DNA of 45,013 nucleotides, filler included, from an uncultured virus (IMG/VR IMGVR_UViG_2049941000_000291) (taxonomy: Duplodnaviria > Heunggongvirae > Uroviricota > Caudoviricetes). It is 11 parts of one record of this genome, joined end to end, with 100 filler letters (N's around TTAATTAATTAA, not from the genome) between each part and the next. Parts side by side here need not be neighbours in the genome. Positions count along the whole stretch, not along the records: positions 25,468 to 31,093 come from IMGVR_UViG_2049941000_000291; positions 31,194 to 33,597 come from IMGVR_UViG_2049941000_000291; positions 33,698 to 34,602 come from IMGVR_UViG_2049941000_000291; positions 34,703 to 35,949 come from IMGVR_UViG_2049941000_000291; positions 36,050 to 43,101 come from IMGVR_UViG_2049941000_000291; 6 more parts are not named here. One strand, written 5' to 3'. Under the pieces are notes generated by a model that was given only the letters and a program-made list of their open reading frames with translations, was not told the origin of the DNA and ran no database searches. Made by a program: the position numbers and the translations under genes. This document shows positions 30,982 to 40,506 of the stretch, piece by piece. How positions within the stretch are numbered: the stretch's first letter is position 1; each line of letters starts with the position of its first letter.

Positions 30982-31024
30982 CTCGACGGCGGCGGGGCCT
31001 ACCTCGCCGCCTATTCTTTATTTG
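30977..31024 (+). promoter_or_regulatory. Element copy downstream of spoVG, near-identical to 30542
   Basis: GGCGGCGGGG-CCTA-CCTCGCCGCC, TATTCT; contains the spoVG stop codon. Confidence 0.85.
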
Positions 31025-31241
31025 AACCTCAACCAAGGAGTTACTATGGCAACCAAGTTTGCTCTCGTGAAATTTAATCTTAATATTCAGGGCNNNNNNN
31101 NNNNNNNNNNNNNNNNNNNNNNNNNNNNNNNNNNNNNTTAATTAATTAANNNNNNNNNNNNNNNNNNNNNNNNNNNNNNNNNNNNNNNNNNNNGCAGAAA
31201 CCGACGACGAGGACGAGGACAGCGAGCTTCACTCCGAACGC

Positions 31242-31715
31242 ATGGCTGCCCGCGACGACATACTGTGCAAGGTCGTCGATAAGTGGGTCGCTGGCGAGTA
31301 CACCGGCAAGGACAAGCCGGAGCTGGAGCTTGCCCAAGAAGACGTGGACAAGGAACTGGCTGCCTCCACGGAGAGCATGATGTACCGCGTGGGTTCCCGC
31401 ATGACCTACATCAACCTCGACGGGAAGTCGGTAGATTATCACCGCGTTGGCAGCGATTCTGATGTTCTCGTGCTGTACAAGAAGCGTACTGTCAACCGTG
31501 ACGCAATCGAAGAAATTATTCGTCACTTGAAAGCGAACGGCGAGCCGATCAATTTCGAGCCGCACAATATGCGCTCGGTCTATCTGGGCGGGGTTAAGTA
31601 CGGCCACCTCGTGGGCAACGACGGATTTATTTTCGCTATGGGCGAGAAGATGTACGCCGAACTGTACGGCAAAATCCAGTCCGACGACGCTCTGAAAGCT
31701 CGCTGTAAAAATTAA
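31242..31715 (+). CDS. Hypothetical protein (start may be in gap)
   Basis: 157-aa ORF. Confidence 0.7.
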   Translation: MAARDDILCKVVDKWVAGEYTGKDKPELELAQEDVDKELAASTESMMYRVGSRMTYINLDGKSVDYHRVGSDSDVLVLYKKRTVNRDAIEEIIRHLKANGEPINFEPHNMRSVYLGGVKYGHLVGNDGFIFAMGEKMYAELYGKIQSDDALKARCKN

Positions 31716-31718
31716 AAT

Positions 31719-31758
31719 ACTGTAACGGCGGCGGGGCTGACCTCGCCGCTTATTTTTT
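31719..31758 (+). promoter_or_regulatory. Element copy with hairpin, upstream box degenerate
   Basis: GCGGCGGGG-CTGA-CCTCGCCGC, TATTTT. Confidence 0.7.
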
Positions 31759-32000
31759 NNNNNNNNNNNNNNNNNNNNNNNNNNNNNNNNNNNNNNNNNN
31801 NNNNNNNNNNNNNNNNNNNNNNNNNNNNNNNNNNNNNNNNNNNNNNNNNNNNNNNNNNNNNNNNNNNNNNNNNNNNNNNNNNNNNNNNNNNNNNNNNNNN
31901 NNNNNNNNNNNNNNNNNNNNNNNNNNNNNNNNNNNNNNNNNNNNNNNNNNNNNNATGATTACGCTGCTGTCCACCGACGATATTGTCAAGTAGTAACCGA

Positions 32001-32048
32001 ACTGGTCGGCTCCACGCGGGGCCGATCTTTTCCTTTATCCTTGATATG
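32001..32048 (+). promoter_or_regulatory. Element copy without hairpin
   Basis: ACTGG-N10-GCGGGGCCGATC, TATCCT, TGCAC at the exact offsets. Confidence 0.75.
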
Positions 32049-32080
32049 CACTCATTCAACCACTAACAAGGAGTTATCCT

Positions 32081-32347
32081 ATGCCTAAAATGCTTTCTAC
32101 TGCCACCACCACGCTTGGTATCATCCCGCGTAACATCTACCAAAACATTCCTGGCTTCTGGATCGTACCGACTATCCATGAAGGCTCCTACTATCCGGCA
32201 TACTACTGCCAAGAAGCTGAACAGTCGTGCTTTGGCGATCTGACTTGGGTAAATAACGTGACGCGCTGCTCTGCCGAAAAAATGGCCGAACTCATCGCCA
32301 ACACTGTCAAGTCTGAATACGGAACCATCTGGCTCGTGCTGGATCCT
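32081..32347 (+). CDS. Paralog or variant of the 4253 gene, 5' part
   Basis: MPKMLSTATTTLGIIPRNIYQN...WLVLDP, highly similar to 4253. Confidence 0.8.
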
Positions 32348-32556
32348 NNNNNNNNNNAACCTTTCAACCAAGGAGTTATCATGGAACTTACTCATGAACA
32401 ACTGGCCGAATCGTGTGCCAGAAATAACCTCACCGCGTTCATCTGCGGTCAAGACTACTGGGCCACGCTCGAAGACACCAAGGATAACGATGTCGCNNNN
32501 NNNNNNTCGTCGAGCCGGATCCGGAAAAGCCGAGCTATCCGGCTCGCTGGAACAAA

Positions 32557-32835
32557 ATGTGCCGCAACCTCATGAAAGACGGGCCGTACCAGTTCAAGCA
32601 ATGCGTCATGCGCGACGGCGATTCTGGGTCATGCGAACAGCTGCTCGCGTCTAACTTCTATGCGTATATGCACGGCATGGATGTTGCTGGCCACTACTTG
32701 TCGTCAGAGTATTGCCCAGGCGACAACGACCGCGCCGAGGAAGTCGTCAAGAAGACCATGACCGAACTGCTGGCCTACATCCGCAAGACTTTCCCAGAAC
32801 GCCAGATCACTGCACAGCTGAACATGACGCGGTAT
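32557..32835 (+). CDS. Hypothetical protein fragment
   Basis: Open frame between joins. Confidence 0.55.
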
Positions 32836-32845
32836 NNNNNNNNNN

Positions 32846-32885
32846 TCCGGTGGCGAGGCTGACCTCGTGAAATATTTATTTTATG
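32846..32885 (+). promoter_or_regulatory. Element copy (5' end in gap)
   Basis: GCGAGG-CTGA-CCTCGT, TATTTA, TGAACC. Confidence 0.7.
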
Positions 32886-32906
32886 AACCTAAACCAAGGA
32901 GTTAAC

Positions 32907-33131
32907 ATGGCTAAGCAAGCTAAAAGACTTTATAAGGCGGGCGACAAAGTCCGCATTTCCGGCCACATCAGCAACCGTGAATACAATGTACGCGTGTCGT
33001 CGAACGGCGTCGTCGTTGCCGACCAGGTGAACGCCCGCTGCAAGGTGCTGACGACCATCGACGAGATCGACGGCGACCGCAACGCGACGCTGTTGGTAAG
33101 CGACAAGCTCATGACACTGGTGAACGAATAA
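32907..33131 (+). CDS. Small hypothetical protein
   Basis: SD plus ATG; YKAGDKVRI start. Confidence 0.8.
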   Translation: MAKQAKRLYKAGDKVRISGHISNREYNVRVSSNGVVVADQVNARCKVLTTIDEIDGDRNATLLVSDKLMTLVNE

Positions 33132-33141
33132 GGGAGGAACT

Positions 33142-33429
33142 ATGGACGCACCTAAAGCAGCAACTAAACAAATGATTTCTGAAGCAAAGCAGAAGATCCT
33201 CGACGCGGTATCAACCTACAACGCCGAACCTAAGCACACGACGAAGCTCGTCTTTGCAGAGGAAGCTCCGTTCCCTCATGCGACCGAAGCGATTATCACG
33301 GTGAAGTACTTCTTCGGCGACCGTGAACTGTTTTTCGTCGGCTGCCGCACTCTTCCGTGCTTTGTCGTCGAACATCTGGACAGCAACCCGACCAAGGAAT
33401 TCATGGACGAATTCCTCGAAACACTATAA
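33142..33429 (+). CDS. Hypothetical protein (95 aa)
   Basis: GGAGG SD, followed by terminator. Confidence 0.8.
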   Translation: MDAPKAATKQMISEAKQKILDAVSTYNAEPKHTTKLVFAEEAPFPHATEAIITVKYFFGDRELFFVGCRTLPCFVVEHLDSNPTKEFMDEFLETL

Positions 33430-33434
33430 CCACT

Positions 33435-33452
33435 GGGGCTTCGGCCCCTTTT
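33435..33452 (+). terminator. Intrinsic terminator
   Basis: GGGGC-TTCG-GCCCC-TTTT. Confidence 0.8.
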
Positions 33453-33473
33453 GTTGCAGCAGATCGCTCGACG

Positions 33474-33521
33474 ACTGGCACGGATCCGGCGGGGCTGACC
33501 TTGAATAAGAATTTTTCCGTG
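33474..33521 (+). promoter_or_regulatory. Element copy, decayed hairpin
   Basis: ACTGGCACGGATCCGGCGGGGCTGACC...TGAACC. Confidence 0.75.
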
Positions 33522-33697
33522 AACCAAAAGGAGTTACCTATGTTGCATATTGACAGAACCGATTTTTGCTCGGTTTATACCGTGATGCCGCTGATAGNNN
33601 NNNNNNNNNNNNNNNNNNNNNNNNNNNNNNNNNNNNNNNNNTTAATTAATTAANNNNNNNNNNNNNNNNNNNNNNNNNNNNNNNNNNNNNNNNNNNN

Positions 33698-33992
33698 GTA
33701 CGGCGAGGAACACAAGCTGGACTTGAGCCAGACCGAGAACGCCCTGGCAGCCGTCCGGTATGCTGGCGAGCAGATGTACGGACACTGCGTCTGGAACGGT
33801 GGAACTGTAAGCGACGACGAAGACCCGAAGTTCCTCGCCGCGACGGAAGAGAACCGCCGTTATCGCTCGCTGCACCCTCAATGGACTGACTGGGGCAATC
33901 CGGAGGCCATTACATGCTTCTACGGTACTGGCGACGACTATCCGAACTACATCTACGGCTGGTGCGAGGACGCGTACGTAATGTATGTGTAA
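33698..33992 (+). CDS. Hypothetical protein, 3' part
   Basis: Open frame ending ...YVMYV*. Confidence 0.65.
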
Positions 33993-34038
33993 TGGCAATT
34001 AGCTCGCGGGGCCGACCTCGCGGGCTATTTCTTAAGTG
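33991..34038 (+). promoter_or_regulatory. Element copy, strong hairpin
   Basis: AATGG; AGCTCGCGGGG-CCGA-CCTCGCGGGCT, TATTTC. Confidence 0.8.
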
Positions 34039-34059
34039 AACCTCAATCAAGGAGTTGTT

Positions 34060-34224
34060 ATGGCTGAATCTTTAGAAGACTATGAGATGCGCATTGACCG
34101 CTGGCTCTGGAAAGCTGGCTTCGACAGTGGCGAAATCAATGACTACATTGTCGAGCATGAGGAAGAAATCAAGGCTGGCTTCGAAGCTGGCACAGATGTA
34201 GAAACACTTATCCACAGTATTTAG
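34060..34224 (+). CDS. Small acidic protein (54 aa)
   Basis: SD plus ATG at 34060. Confidence 0.75.
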   Translation: MAESLEDYEMRIDRWLWKAGFDSGEINDYIVEHEEEIKAGFEAGTDVETLIHSI

Positions 34225-34234
34225 GAGTTATACC

Positions 34235-34602
34235 ATGAAACACTATCCAGAAGGAATTTACACTTGCACTCGCGGCTGCCGTCACGGTAATTTGGGCCTC
34301 GTGTTCTCCAAGGGCAAGACCTACAAGCTGACTTACGAAACGCCCAGAAAGCTTGACTGCGACTATGTCGTCGTCGGCAACAAGAATCCGGTGCGTATCA
34401 GTCCGGAGTTCTTCGAGGAACACTTCGACGCGGAACATCCAGTCCAGATTACCGTGTACAAGCTCGTGAAGCTGCGCAAGAACGGCAACTGCTATCCGCT
34501 GTTCATCGGTAAGAAGAAACCGTTCGTCATGAACCAAGAAATGCAGTGCGAGTTCTTGCCGACCAAGGGCTTCGCTCCCAGATCCGTTGACGACGCGAAC
34601 AC
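34235..34602 (+). CDS. Hypothetical protein, truncated
   Basis: AGGAG SD. Confidence 0.75.
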
Positions 34603-34775
34603 NNNNNNNNNNNNNNNNNNNNNNNNNNNNNNNNNNNNNNNNNNNNTTAATTAATTAANNNNNNNNNNNNNNNNNNNNNNNNNNNNNNNNNNNNNNNNNN
34701 NNGACGACAACCACGAAAGCATCTGTATTCCGCTCTTCGACGTAGAGGGCGTAGGCTACGAGATCCGATAGCCGG

Positions 34776-34823
34776 ACTGGACGTGACCCAGCGGGGCTGA
34801 CCCACTGGGTTATCTTTCTTGTG
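34776..34823 (+). promoter_or_regulatory. Element copy
   Basis: ACCCAGCGGG-GCTGA-CCCACTGGGT, TATCTT. Confidence 0.8.
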
Positions 34824-34856
34824 CAACTGTTCAACCAATCAACCAAGGAGTTTAAA

Positions 34857-35164
34857 ATGGCAGAAGTAATTAAGACATATCGTATGCGTGGCGGTACGGA
34901 CGACCGTGCTGGCGAAATATCCGGCGTCGAATACCGCGATGCAACTGAACACATGAGCCTCGAAGAAACCATGTGGGCGAGCGTCTGTGAATCCGCACCG
35001 CAAGACTACGAGCAGCGTATCACTGTAAACGGAGTAGAATACGAATACTTCCAGTGCTTCGCCGATAACAAGTCGGTTGATGAATTCAAGAAGGAACATG
35101 GCATCGACAAGATCACCAGCATGTCCTATCTGGATACGCCGTGGAGCAATCTGCTCTCTGACAC
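34857..35164 (+). CDS. Hypothetical protein, truncated
   Basis: SD plus ATG at 34857. Confidence 0.75.
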
Positions 35165-35174
35165 NNNNNNNNNN

Positions 35175-35609
35175 ATATCCATGAAGAATAATCCGCATTT
35201 CACCACGCCAGTCTACGATTACTTTGACAAGTCCAAGATGTTGCGTAACAATCTGGGCAAGAACAGTCACTTCATCAGTCTGGAAGTCGTCAGTGACGCT
35301 ACGATAGTACTGCTGTTCCGTCTGAACTACGTGAACCGCAAGAACCGCCAGCCTGGGCCTACGGTCGAGCTGCACGTGAACATCAGCGCGACGACCGACG
35401 AACGCCGCGTCCGTGTCACCGTGACCAGAACCGATGACAATATGGGCATGTATGATACTGCTCGCGCCAACCCTACGGTCAAGTACGACAACTCGCTGTG
35501 GTGCGCCGACAAGGCAGACGCCCGCAACCTCGCCGAAACGGTGTCGCTCATGTGCAACCACATGCTCACCGCCGAATTCTACAATTTCAGCCTCAACGAA
35601 CTCAACTAA
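35175..35609 (+). CDS. Hypothetical protein
   Basis: Open frame after join. Confidence 0.7.
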   Translation: MSMKNNPHFTTPVYDYFDKSKMLRNNLGKNSHFISLEVVSDATIVLLFRLNYVNRKNRQPGPTVELHVNISATTDERRVRVTVTRTDDNMGMYDTARANPTVKYDNSLWCADKADARNLAETVSLMCNHMLTAEFYNFSLNELN

Positions 35610-35618
35610 GGAGCAGCC

Positions 35619-35822
35619 ATGAAGCTTTCAGATCTTTCCGCAGAACAGAAACTGGAACTCAAGCAGAACTTGCTTGAAAAGAAAAACGAAGCCAAGGGAG
35701 AAGGAACTTCCTACGGCGAGCTTGCTGACGCAGACCAGCTCGTGACCGACGCAGAACTCGAAGCCGAATACGGTAACACCGAATTTACTGGCGACGACTT
35801 CTGCTGCACGGCTGGCAAGTAA
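35619..35822 (+). CDS. Small acidic protein (67 aa)
   Basis: AAGGAG SD. Confidence 0.8.
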   Translation: MKLSDLSAEQKLELKQNLLEKKNEAKGEGTSYGELADADQLVTDAELEAEYGNTEFTGDDFCCTAGK

Positions 35823-35869
35823 CTGGAAGTGACCCAGCGGGGCTGACCCACTGGGTTATTTTTATTTTG
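35822..35869 (+). promoter_or_regulatory. Element copy, near-identical to 34776
   Basis: TAACTGG; ACCCAGCGGG-GCTGA-CCCACTGGGT, TATTTT. Confidence 0.8.
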
Positions 35870-36050
35870 CACTTATTCAAGGAGCTTGATATGGCCGAAT
35901 TTGAAAAATCTTGCTATTACTGCAAGCATTTCCACAAGCCGAACCGCGTNNNNNNNNNNNNNNNNNNNNNNNNNNNNNNNNNNNNNNNNNNNNTTAATTA
36001 ATTAANNNNNNNNNNNNNNNNNNNNNNNNNNNNNNNNNNNNNNNNNNNNC

Positions 36051-36203
36051 TGGACTAACATCCCCAACGCGTCCATCCCTGCCGACCAAGGTATCTTGCT
36101 GAAGGATATCATCGAGGACGGCGTCGTCGATCGCGAAAAGTCTCTCTGCATCACTCGCCGCTATTCTGAATGCGTCGGTTCCCAAGACTACCTCGCTCGC
36201 AGA
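36051..36203 (+). CDS. Internal fragment of a C5 cytosine methyltransferase
   Basis: WTNIPNASIPADQGILLKDIIE...REKSLC is the segment that typically follows SAQNR in phage C5 MTases. Confidence 0.7.
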
Positions 36204-36213
36204 NNNNNNNNNN

Positions 36214-36591
36214 GATACAAACCACGAACCGTACCGTATCACCAACGACTGGGAGATCGAAAACCTCGACTACTACAAGCAGAACGACAGCGACTACCCG
36301 ACGGACGAGCAGATCCGCGACTTCATGATCGAACTCAACGAAGCCCAGCCCAAGTCGGAACAGATGCCCAACAGCTTCATGTTCGAAGAAAGGCCGAGCC
36401 TCGACTCGCTCAAGGTCGGAGACAAGGTTCTCTGGTTTGACGACGTGTGGGAAACTTACAAGGAAGGCACCGTCCGTGGAAAGAACACCAGCGGTGAATG
36501 GGCCATTCATCGTTACAAGGGATCTCCGAAAGACTGGAAGACCAACGCCAACTGCTCCCTTGCAAGTATCAACTTCCGTCTGGTAAAATAA
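36214..36591 (+). CDS. Hypothetical protein, 3' part
   Basis: LKVGDKVLW...; open frame. Confidence 0.65.
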   Translation, partial: DTNHEPYRITNDWEIENLDYYKQNDSDYPTDEQIRDFMIELNEAQPKSEQMPNSFMFEERPSLDSLKVGDKVLWFDDVWETYKEGTVRGKNTSGEWAIHRYKGSPKDWKTNANCSLASINFRLVK

Positions 36592-36637
36592 TGGGAACTG
36601 TCCGGCGGGGCCGACCTCGCCGGACATTTTTGTATTG
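36590..36637 (+). promoter_or_regulatory. Element copy, 12-bp hairpin
   Basis: TGTCCGGCGGGG-CCGA-CCTCGCCGGACA, CATTTT. Confidence 0.85.
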
Positions 36638-36664
36638 CGGTTCAACCAACAAGGAGATTCAATC

Positions 36665-36865
36665 ATGAACGGTACATCATTCACGGAAGCCGAAAAACGC
36701 GGCATCATGTTCGCGAAACGGTACAAACACGCTTTTTATATCACAGCTCTCGTACAAGCTGAATCCACCGCCAGTGTCAAACTGAAGGTAGACGGTGCTG
36801 ATTTCTCCGCTACCATCACCAAAACCAGTGACGACACCGTCAAGATTGACGTAACTGGCGACATG
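36665..36865 (+). CDS. Hypothetical protein, 5' part
   Basis: SD plus ATG at 36665. Confidence 0.7.
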
Positions 36866-37501
36866 NNNNNNNNNNNNNNNNNNNNNNNNNNNNNNNNNNN
36901 NNNNNNNNNNNNNNNNNNNNNNNNNNNNNNNNNNNNNNNNNNNNNNNNNNNNNNNNNNNNNNNNNNNNNNNNNNNNNNNNNNNNNNNNNNNNNNNNNNNN
37001 NNNNNNNNNNNNNNNNNNNNNNNNNNNNNNNNNNNNNNNNNNNNNNNNNNNNNNNNNNNNNNNNNNNNNNNNNNNNNNNNNNNNNNNNNNNNNNNNNNNN
37101 NNNNNNNNNNNNNNNNNNNNNNNNNNNNNNNNNNNNNNNNNNNNNNNNNNNNNNNNNNNNNNNNNNNNNNNNNNNNNNNNNNNNNNNNNNNNNNNNNNNN
37201 NNNNNNNNNNNNNNNNNNNNNNNNNNNNNNNNNNNNNNNNNNNNNNNNNNNNNNNNNNNNNNNNNNNNNNNNNNNNNNNNNNNNNNNNNNNNNNNNNNNN
37301 NNNNNNNNNNNNNNNNNNNNNNNNNNNNNNNNNNNNNNNNNNNNNNNNNNNNNNNNNNNNNNNNNNNNNNAACGCCGGAAGGCTACTCGTTCCAGATTTC
37401 TGGCGACGGCAACGAACGCGGCGTCCGCATCATGGACGACGTTGTTTACCAGTGCCACACGATCTTGATGATGAAGAAATTAAACCACTAAGGAGATTAC
37501 T

Positions 37502-37993
37502 ATGAACTACCAGACTGTTAAGGCTATGGTGCAAGAAGCTTACGATAGCGGCGTCGCCGTCATCCATTACTCTGGAATGAACAGCGGCGGCCTCGCGTCC
37601 AGCAGCGACAACTCTATCACCGTTTTTCTAACTCGCTATCCAAAAATGGCTGACGAAAAAGAAAAGCAATCCAGATATGATGACATGGTCGCTGCCCTCA
37701 AGGCCGGAAACAAGAAGTTCAACATAAAAAAATTCTTTGACAAGATTGAGGTCAAGGAAGGCTATCTGAAAGTCACCATCAACCATCTGATGCGGCAAGA
37801 CGAATCCAACGGAGCCCTGGCGGCGACTGACGACTTGACTGCTGGCGACGAGTACTCTAGCAGATACGCTACAGACTACGTGTCGTCCGTCAAGTACGGT
37901 TACAGCCATTGCAACTATAGCACCAAAAATGGCGAACGCCTTCACTCGGTGCTGATACCGTTTGAAAATCTGCTCTACATCAACGTAAAATAA
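37502..37993 (+). CDS. Hypothetical protein (163 aa)
   Basis: Complete ORF with SD. Confidence 0.85.
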   Translation: MNYQTVKAMVQEAYDSGVAVIHYSGMNSGGLASSSDNSITVFLTRYPKMADEKEKQSRYDDMVAALKAGNKKFNIKKFFDKIEVKEGYLKVTINHLMRQDESNGALAATDDLTAGDEYSSRYATDYVSSVKYGYSHCNYSTKNGERLHSVLIPFENLLYINVK

Positions 37994-38040
37994 CTGGATA
38001 ACTGGCGGCGGGGCTGACCTCGCCGCTTATTTGTAATTCG
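37993..38040 (+). promoter_or_regulatory. Element copy, strong hairpin
   Basis: TAACTGG; GCGGCGGGG-CTGA-CCTCGCCGC, TATTTG. Confidence 0.8.
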
Positions 38041-38066
38041 GCTTCAACCAATAAGGAGACTAACAA

Positions 38067-38390
38067 ATGGAATTTTCTGAAGAACTTCTCGAAAAGCTCA
38101 ATACCAACCACGGTATCAGCTACACCCAGGAAACCGTCAACAGCGACAATGTACTCTGCTACAACGCCGCATACGAACACGTCACGGCGTACGTCAACCC
38201 GACGACAGAAGTGTTCAAGATCGTCACTACCGACGTGGACGGCAAGGAAACTGTCAACGACGAACGCAGCTTCGCTGGCAAGGATCCAGAAACCATACTC
38301 CGTGACGTGGCCGAAGCTGCTGGCGAACTCGACCAGTCTCTCGAAGATGCAGAAATCACAATCGCCGACTATCCGTCAACCAAAGACTAA
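38067..38390 (+). CDS. Acidic hypothetical protein
   Basis: Complete ORF with SD. Confidence 0.85.
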   Translation: MEFSEELLEKLNTNHGISYTQETVNSDNVLCYNAAYEHVTAYVNPTTEVFKIVTTDVDGKETVNDERSFAGKDPETILRDVAEAAGELDQSLEDAEITIADYPSTKD

Positions 38391-38406
38391 CAAGGAGAAC
38401 CAAACC

Positions 38407-38706
38407 ATGCTCAAACTCTTGAAACTCATCGTCGCAATCATCATCGTCGTGGCAGTCTACGCCGTGTTCAACCTCGCCTCTGATTCCACCAAGGAATCCG
38501 CCAAGAAGGCGACTACCGAACTCGTCAAGTCCGCCACCGATTCCCTCACCAAGAAAGCCAAGGCGACTGCCGCCGAAGCCGCCGACAAGGCTGCCGACAA
38601 GCTCAAGGAAGTAGCTACCGAAGCTACCGACTCAGCTGCCAAGACGGTCAAGGCAAGGATCGGCGACGTCAGAAAGGAAAACAACAAGAAGTTCCAGAAG
38701 AAATAA
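38407..38706 (+). CDS. Membrane-anchored Ala/Lys/Thr-rich helical protein
   Basis: MLKLLKLIVAIIIVVAVYAVF followed by low-complexity amphipathic repeats. Confidence 0.8.
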   Translation: MLKLLKLIVAIIIVVAVYAVFNLASDSTKESAKKATTELVKSATDSLTKKAKATAAEAADKAADKLKEVATEATDSAAKTVKARIGDVRKENNKKFQKK

Positions 38707-38754
38707 CTGGATCCAGACTGGCGGGGCTGACCTCGCCGGATCATTTTATTTGTG
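38706..38754 (+). promoter_or_regulatory. Element copy, strong hairpin
   Basis: TAACTGG; CTGGCGGGG-CTGA-CCTCGCCGG, CATTTT shifted by 1 nt. Confidence 0.8.
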
Positions 38755-38771
38755 TCAACCAAGGAGACATC

Positions 38772-39209
38772 ATGAAACGTAAAAAATTGTTTTTCTGCAA
38801 AGATCTGAACGAACTCGCCGACGTCGTCAGCAAGTATGTACACGATTCGCTCGGCGTTAAAAACTGGACTCGCACCACTATCCACTATCCGATCAACTTC
38901 CGCGTGGACGACACGCCGACGAAGGAAGAATGGGATAAGATGAACGCAAAGGAAAAGAAGGACGCCTTTAAGGCTGCCGCTGGGTGCTATGGCATTATCA
39001 ACATCGGCGAGCATTTCACCGCCGACACGACCAAGCTCGCTTGCTGCTATTACCTCGGCAAGACGATCGCCGTCACCGACCAGCTTGACGAGGACACCAC
39101 TGAAGCCAACTTGCATGACTACATCTACGCGATGATCGGCGAGGCTACCTTCTGTGATGCCGTAAAGAACATCCTCGTGCAGATCAACCTGGATGTCGAG
39201 AAACTGTAA
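38772..39209 (+). CDS. Hypothetical protein (145 aa)
   Basis: Complete ORF with SD. Confidence 0.85.
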   Translation: MKRKKLFFCKDLNELADVVSKYVHDSLGVKNWTRTTIHYPINFRVDDTPTKEEWDKMNAKEKKDAFKAAAGCYGIINIGEHFTADTTKLACCYYLGKTIAVTDQLDEDTTEANLHDYIYAMIGEATFCDAVKNILVQINLDVEKL

Positions 39210-39232
39210 CAACCTCAACCAAGGAGTTATCA

Positions 39233-39526
39233 ATGAGCGCAAAACAGATTTTAAAGGTGTCCGAAGTCGAACACGCCCTTGAAGCAAAATTACTCTCTAC
39301 CTACACGACGCGCACGGCACTGCGTAAGGACATCACGCAGATCTTAAAGGACGTGGGCAAGGTTACCGAGCTGGATCCACAAGTCGTGCCGCAAGAATCC
39401 GACGCCTACGAAATTGATTTCGAACTGGACTTCGGCGACGGCACACACTACTATTACATCAAAGTGTACTATACGAAGTGCCGTACAAAGAAAATATACA
39501 TCGTCGAGATCGGCGTAGGAGTATAA
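39233..39526 (+). CDS. Hypothetical protein (97 aa)
   Basis: Complete ORF with SD. Confidence 0.8.
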   Translation: MSAKQILKVSEVEHALEAKLLSTYTTRTALRKDITQILKDVGKVTELDPQVVPQESDAYEIDFELDFGDGTHYYYIKVYYTKCRTKKIYIVEIGVGV

Positions 39527-39630
39527 GGAGTTAACAATGAAAACTACAGCAATTACTGGCGATACACTTTTAACTACCGCAGCCGTAGAAAAGGTCTGCC
39601 CGACCGAATACGGCAAGTTCNNNNNNNNNN

Positions 39631-39942
39631 TTCAGACGCGCTCTGTCCGATAGACCTATCAAGACGTTGGACGAATTCCGCGACCTGAAAGAAAATATTG
39701 CCGCTGGCGACGCTGCCGACCACTACTACGCCGACCTCGCAGAAGCGTCCAATGAACTCATTGACGCTCTGAACGCTAAAGGGCTGGATGTGGTTCTCAG
39801 CTTCATAGAACGCGATGAACTGGTCGTGTTCCAGTTCGTCAATCCTCCAGTAGAGCTGGCTCTCAGACCAGAGGCTACCGAAACGTTTGACAAGCTCGGA
39901 ATCGGTGCTGAATTCATCTACATTGACAACACGGACGCCTAG
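39631..39942 (+). CDS. Hypothetical protein, 3' part; distant paralog of 41031-41300
   Basis: KGLDV...FDKLGI versus KGVDL...LDKLGV. Confidence 0.65.
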   Translation, partial: FRRALSDRPIKTLDEFRDLKENIAAGDAADHYYADLAEASNELIDALNAKGLDVVLSFIERDELVVFQFVNPPVELALRPEATETFDKLGIGAEFIYIDNTDA

Positions 39943-39951
39943 TGGCGTAAA

Positions 39952-39999
39952 ACTGGTTCCAGACTGGCGAGGCCGACCTCGCCAGTCATTTTTCCTACG
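39952..39999 (+). promoter_or_regulatory. Element copy, perfect hairpin
   Basis: GACTGGCGAGG-CCGA-CCTCGCCAGTC, CATTTT. Confidence 0.85.
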
Positions 40000-40028
40000 A
40001 CTCAACCACAATTAAAAGGAGTAATATC

Positions 40029-40494
40029 ATGAAAGTCTTATCACTATTCGACGGAATCGCTTGCGGTCGTGCTGCCCTCAACATCGCCGGAATCGGCGTG
40101 GAAAAGTATATCGCCTATGAAATCGAACCGACTGCCATCAAGATCGCCAAGCATAACTGGCCCACTATCGAACACCACGGCGACGTGACCAAGGCAGACT
40201 TCAGACAGTTCCACGACATCGACCTCGTCATCGGTGGAAGTCCGTGCCAGTTCTGGAGCATCGCAAAAGCCGGTCATGGTCGCGAAAAGGACACCAACGG
40301 TCAAGGCTGGAAGCTCTTCCAGTGCTTCGTCGATGCGTGGAAGCTCTCTGGGGCCAAGTACTTCCTCTACGAGAACAACCATTCCATCGACCAGTCCATC
40401 AAGGACAAGATCTCCGAAGTCCTCGGCGTCCAGCCGCTCGAAATCAACTCCGCTCTCGTCTCTGCTCAGAACCGCCCCGGATTCCGTCGTGCCT
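40029..40494 (+). CDS. DNA (cytosine-5)-methyltransferase, N-terminal part
   Basis: Motif I LSLFDGI, motif IV GGSPCQ, motif VI YEN, motif VIII SAQNR. Confidence 0.92.
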
Positions 40495-40506
40495 NNNNNN
40501 NNNNTC

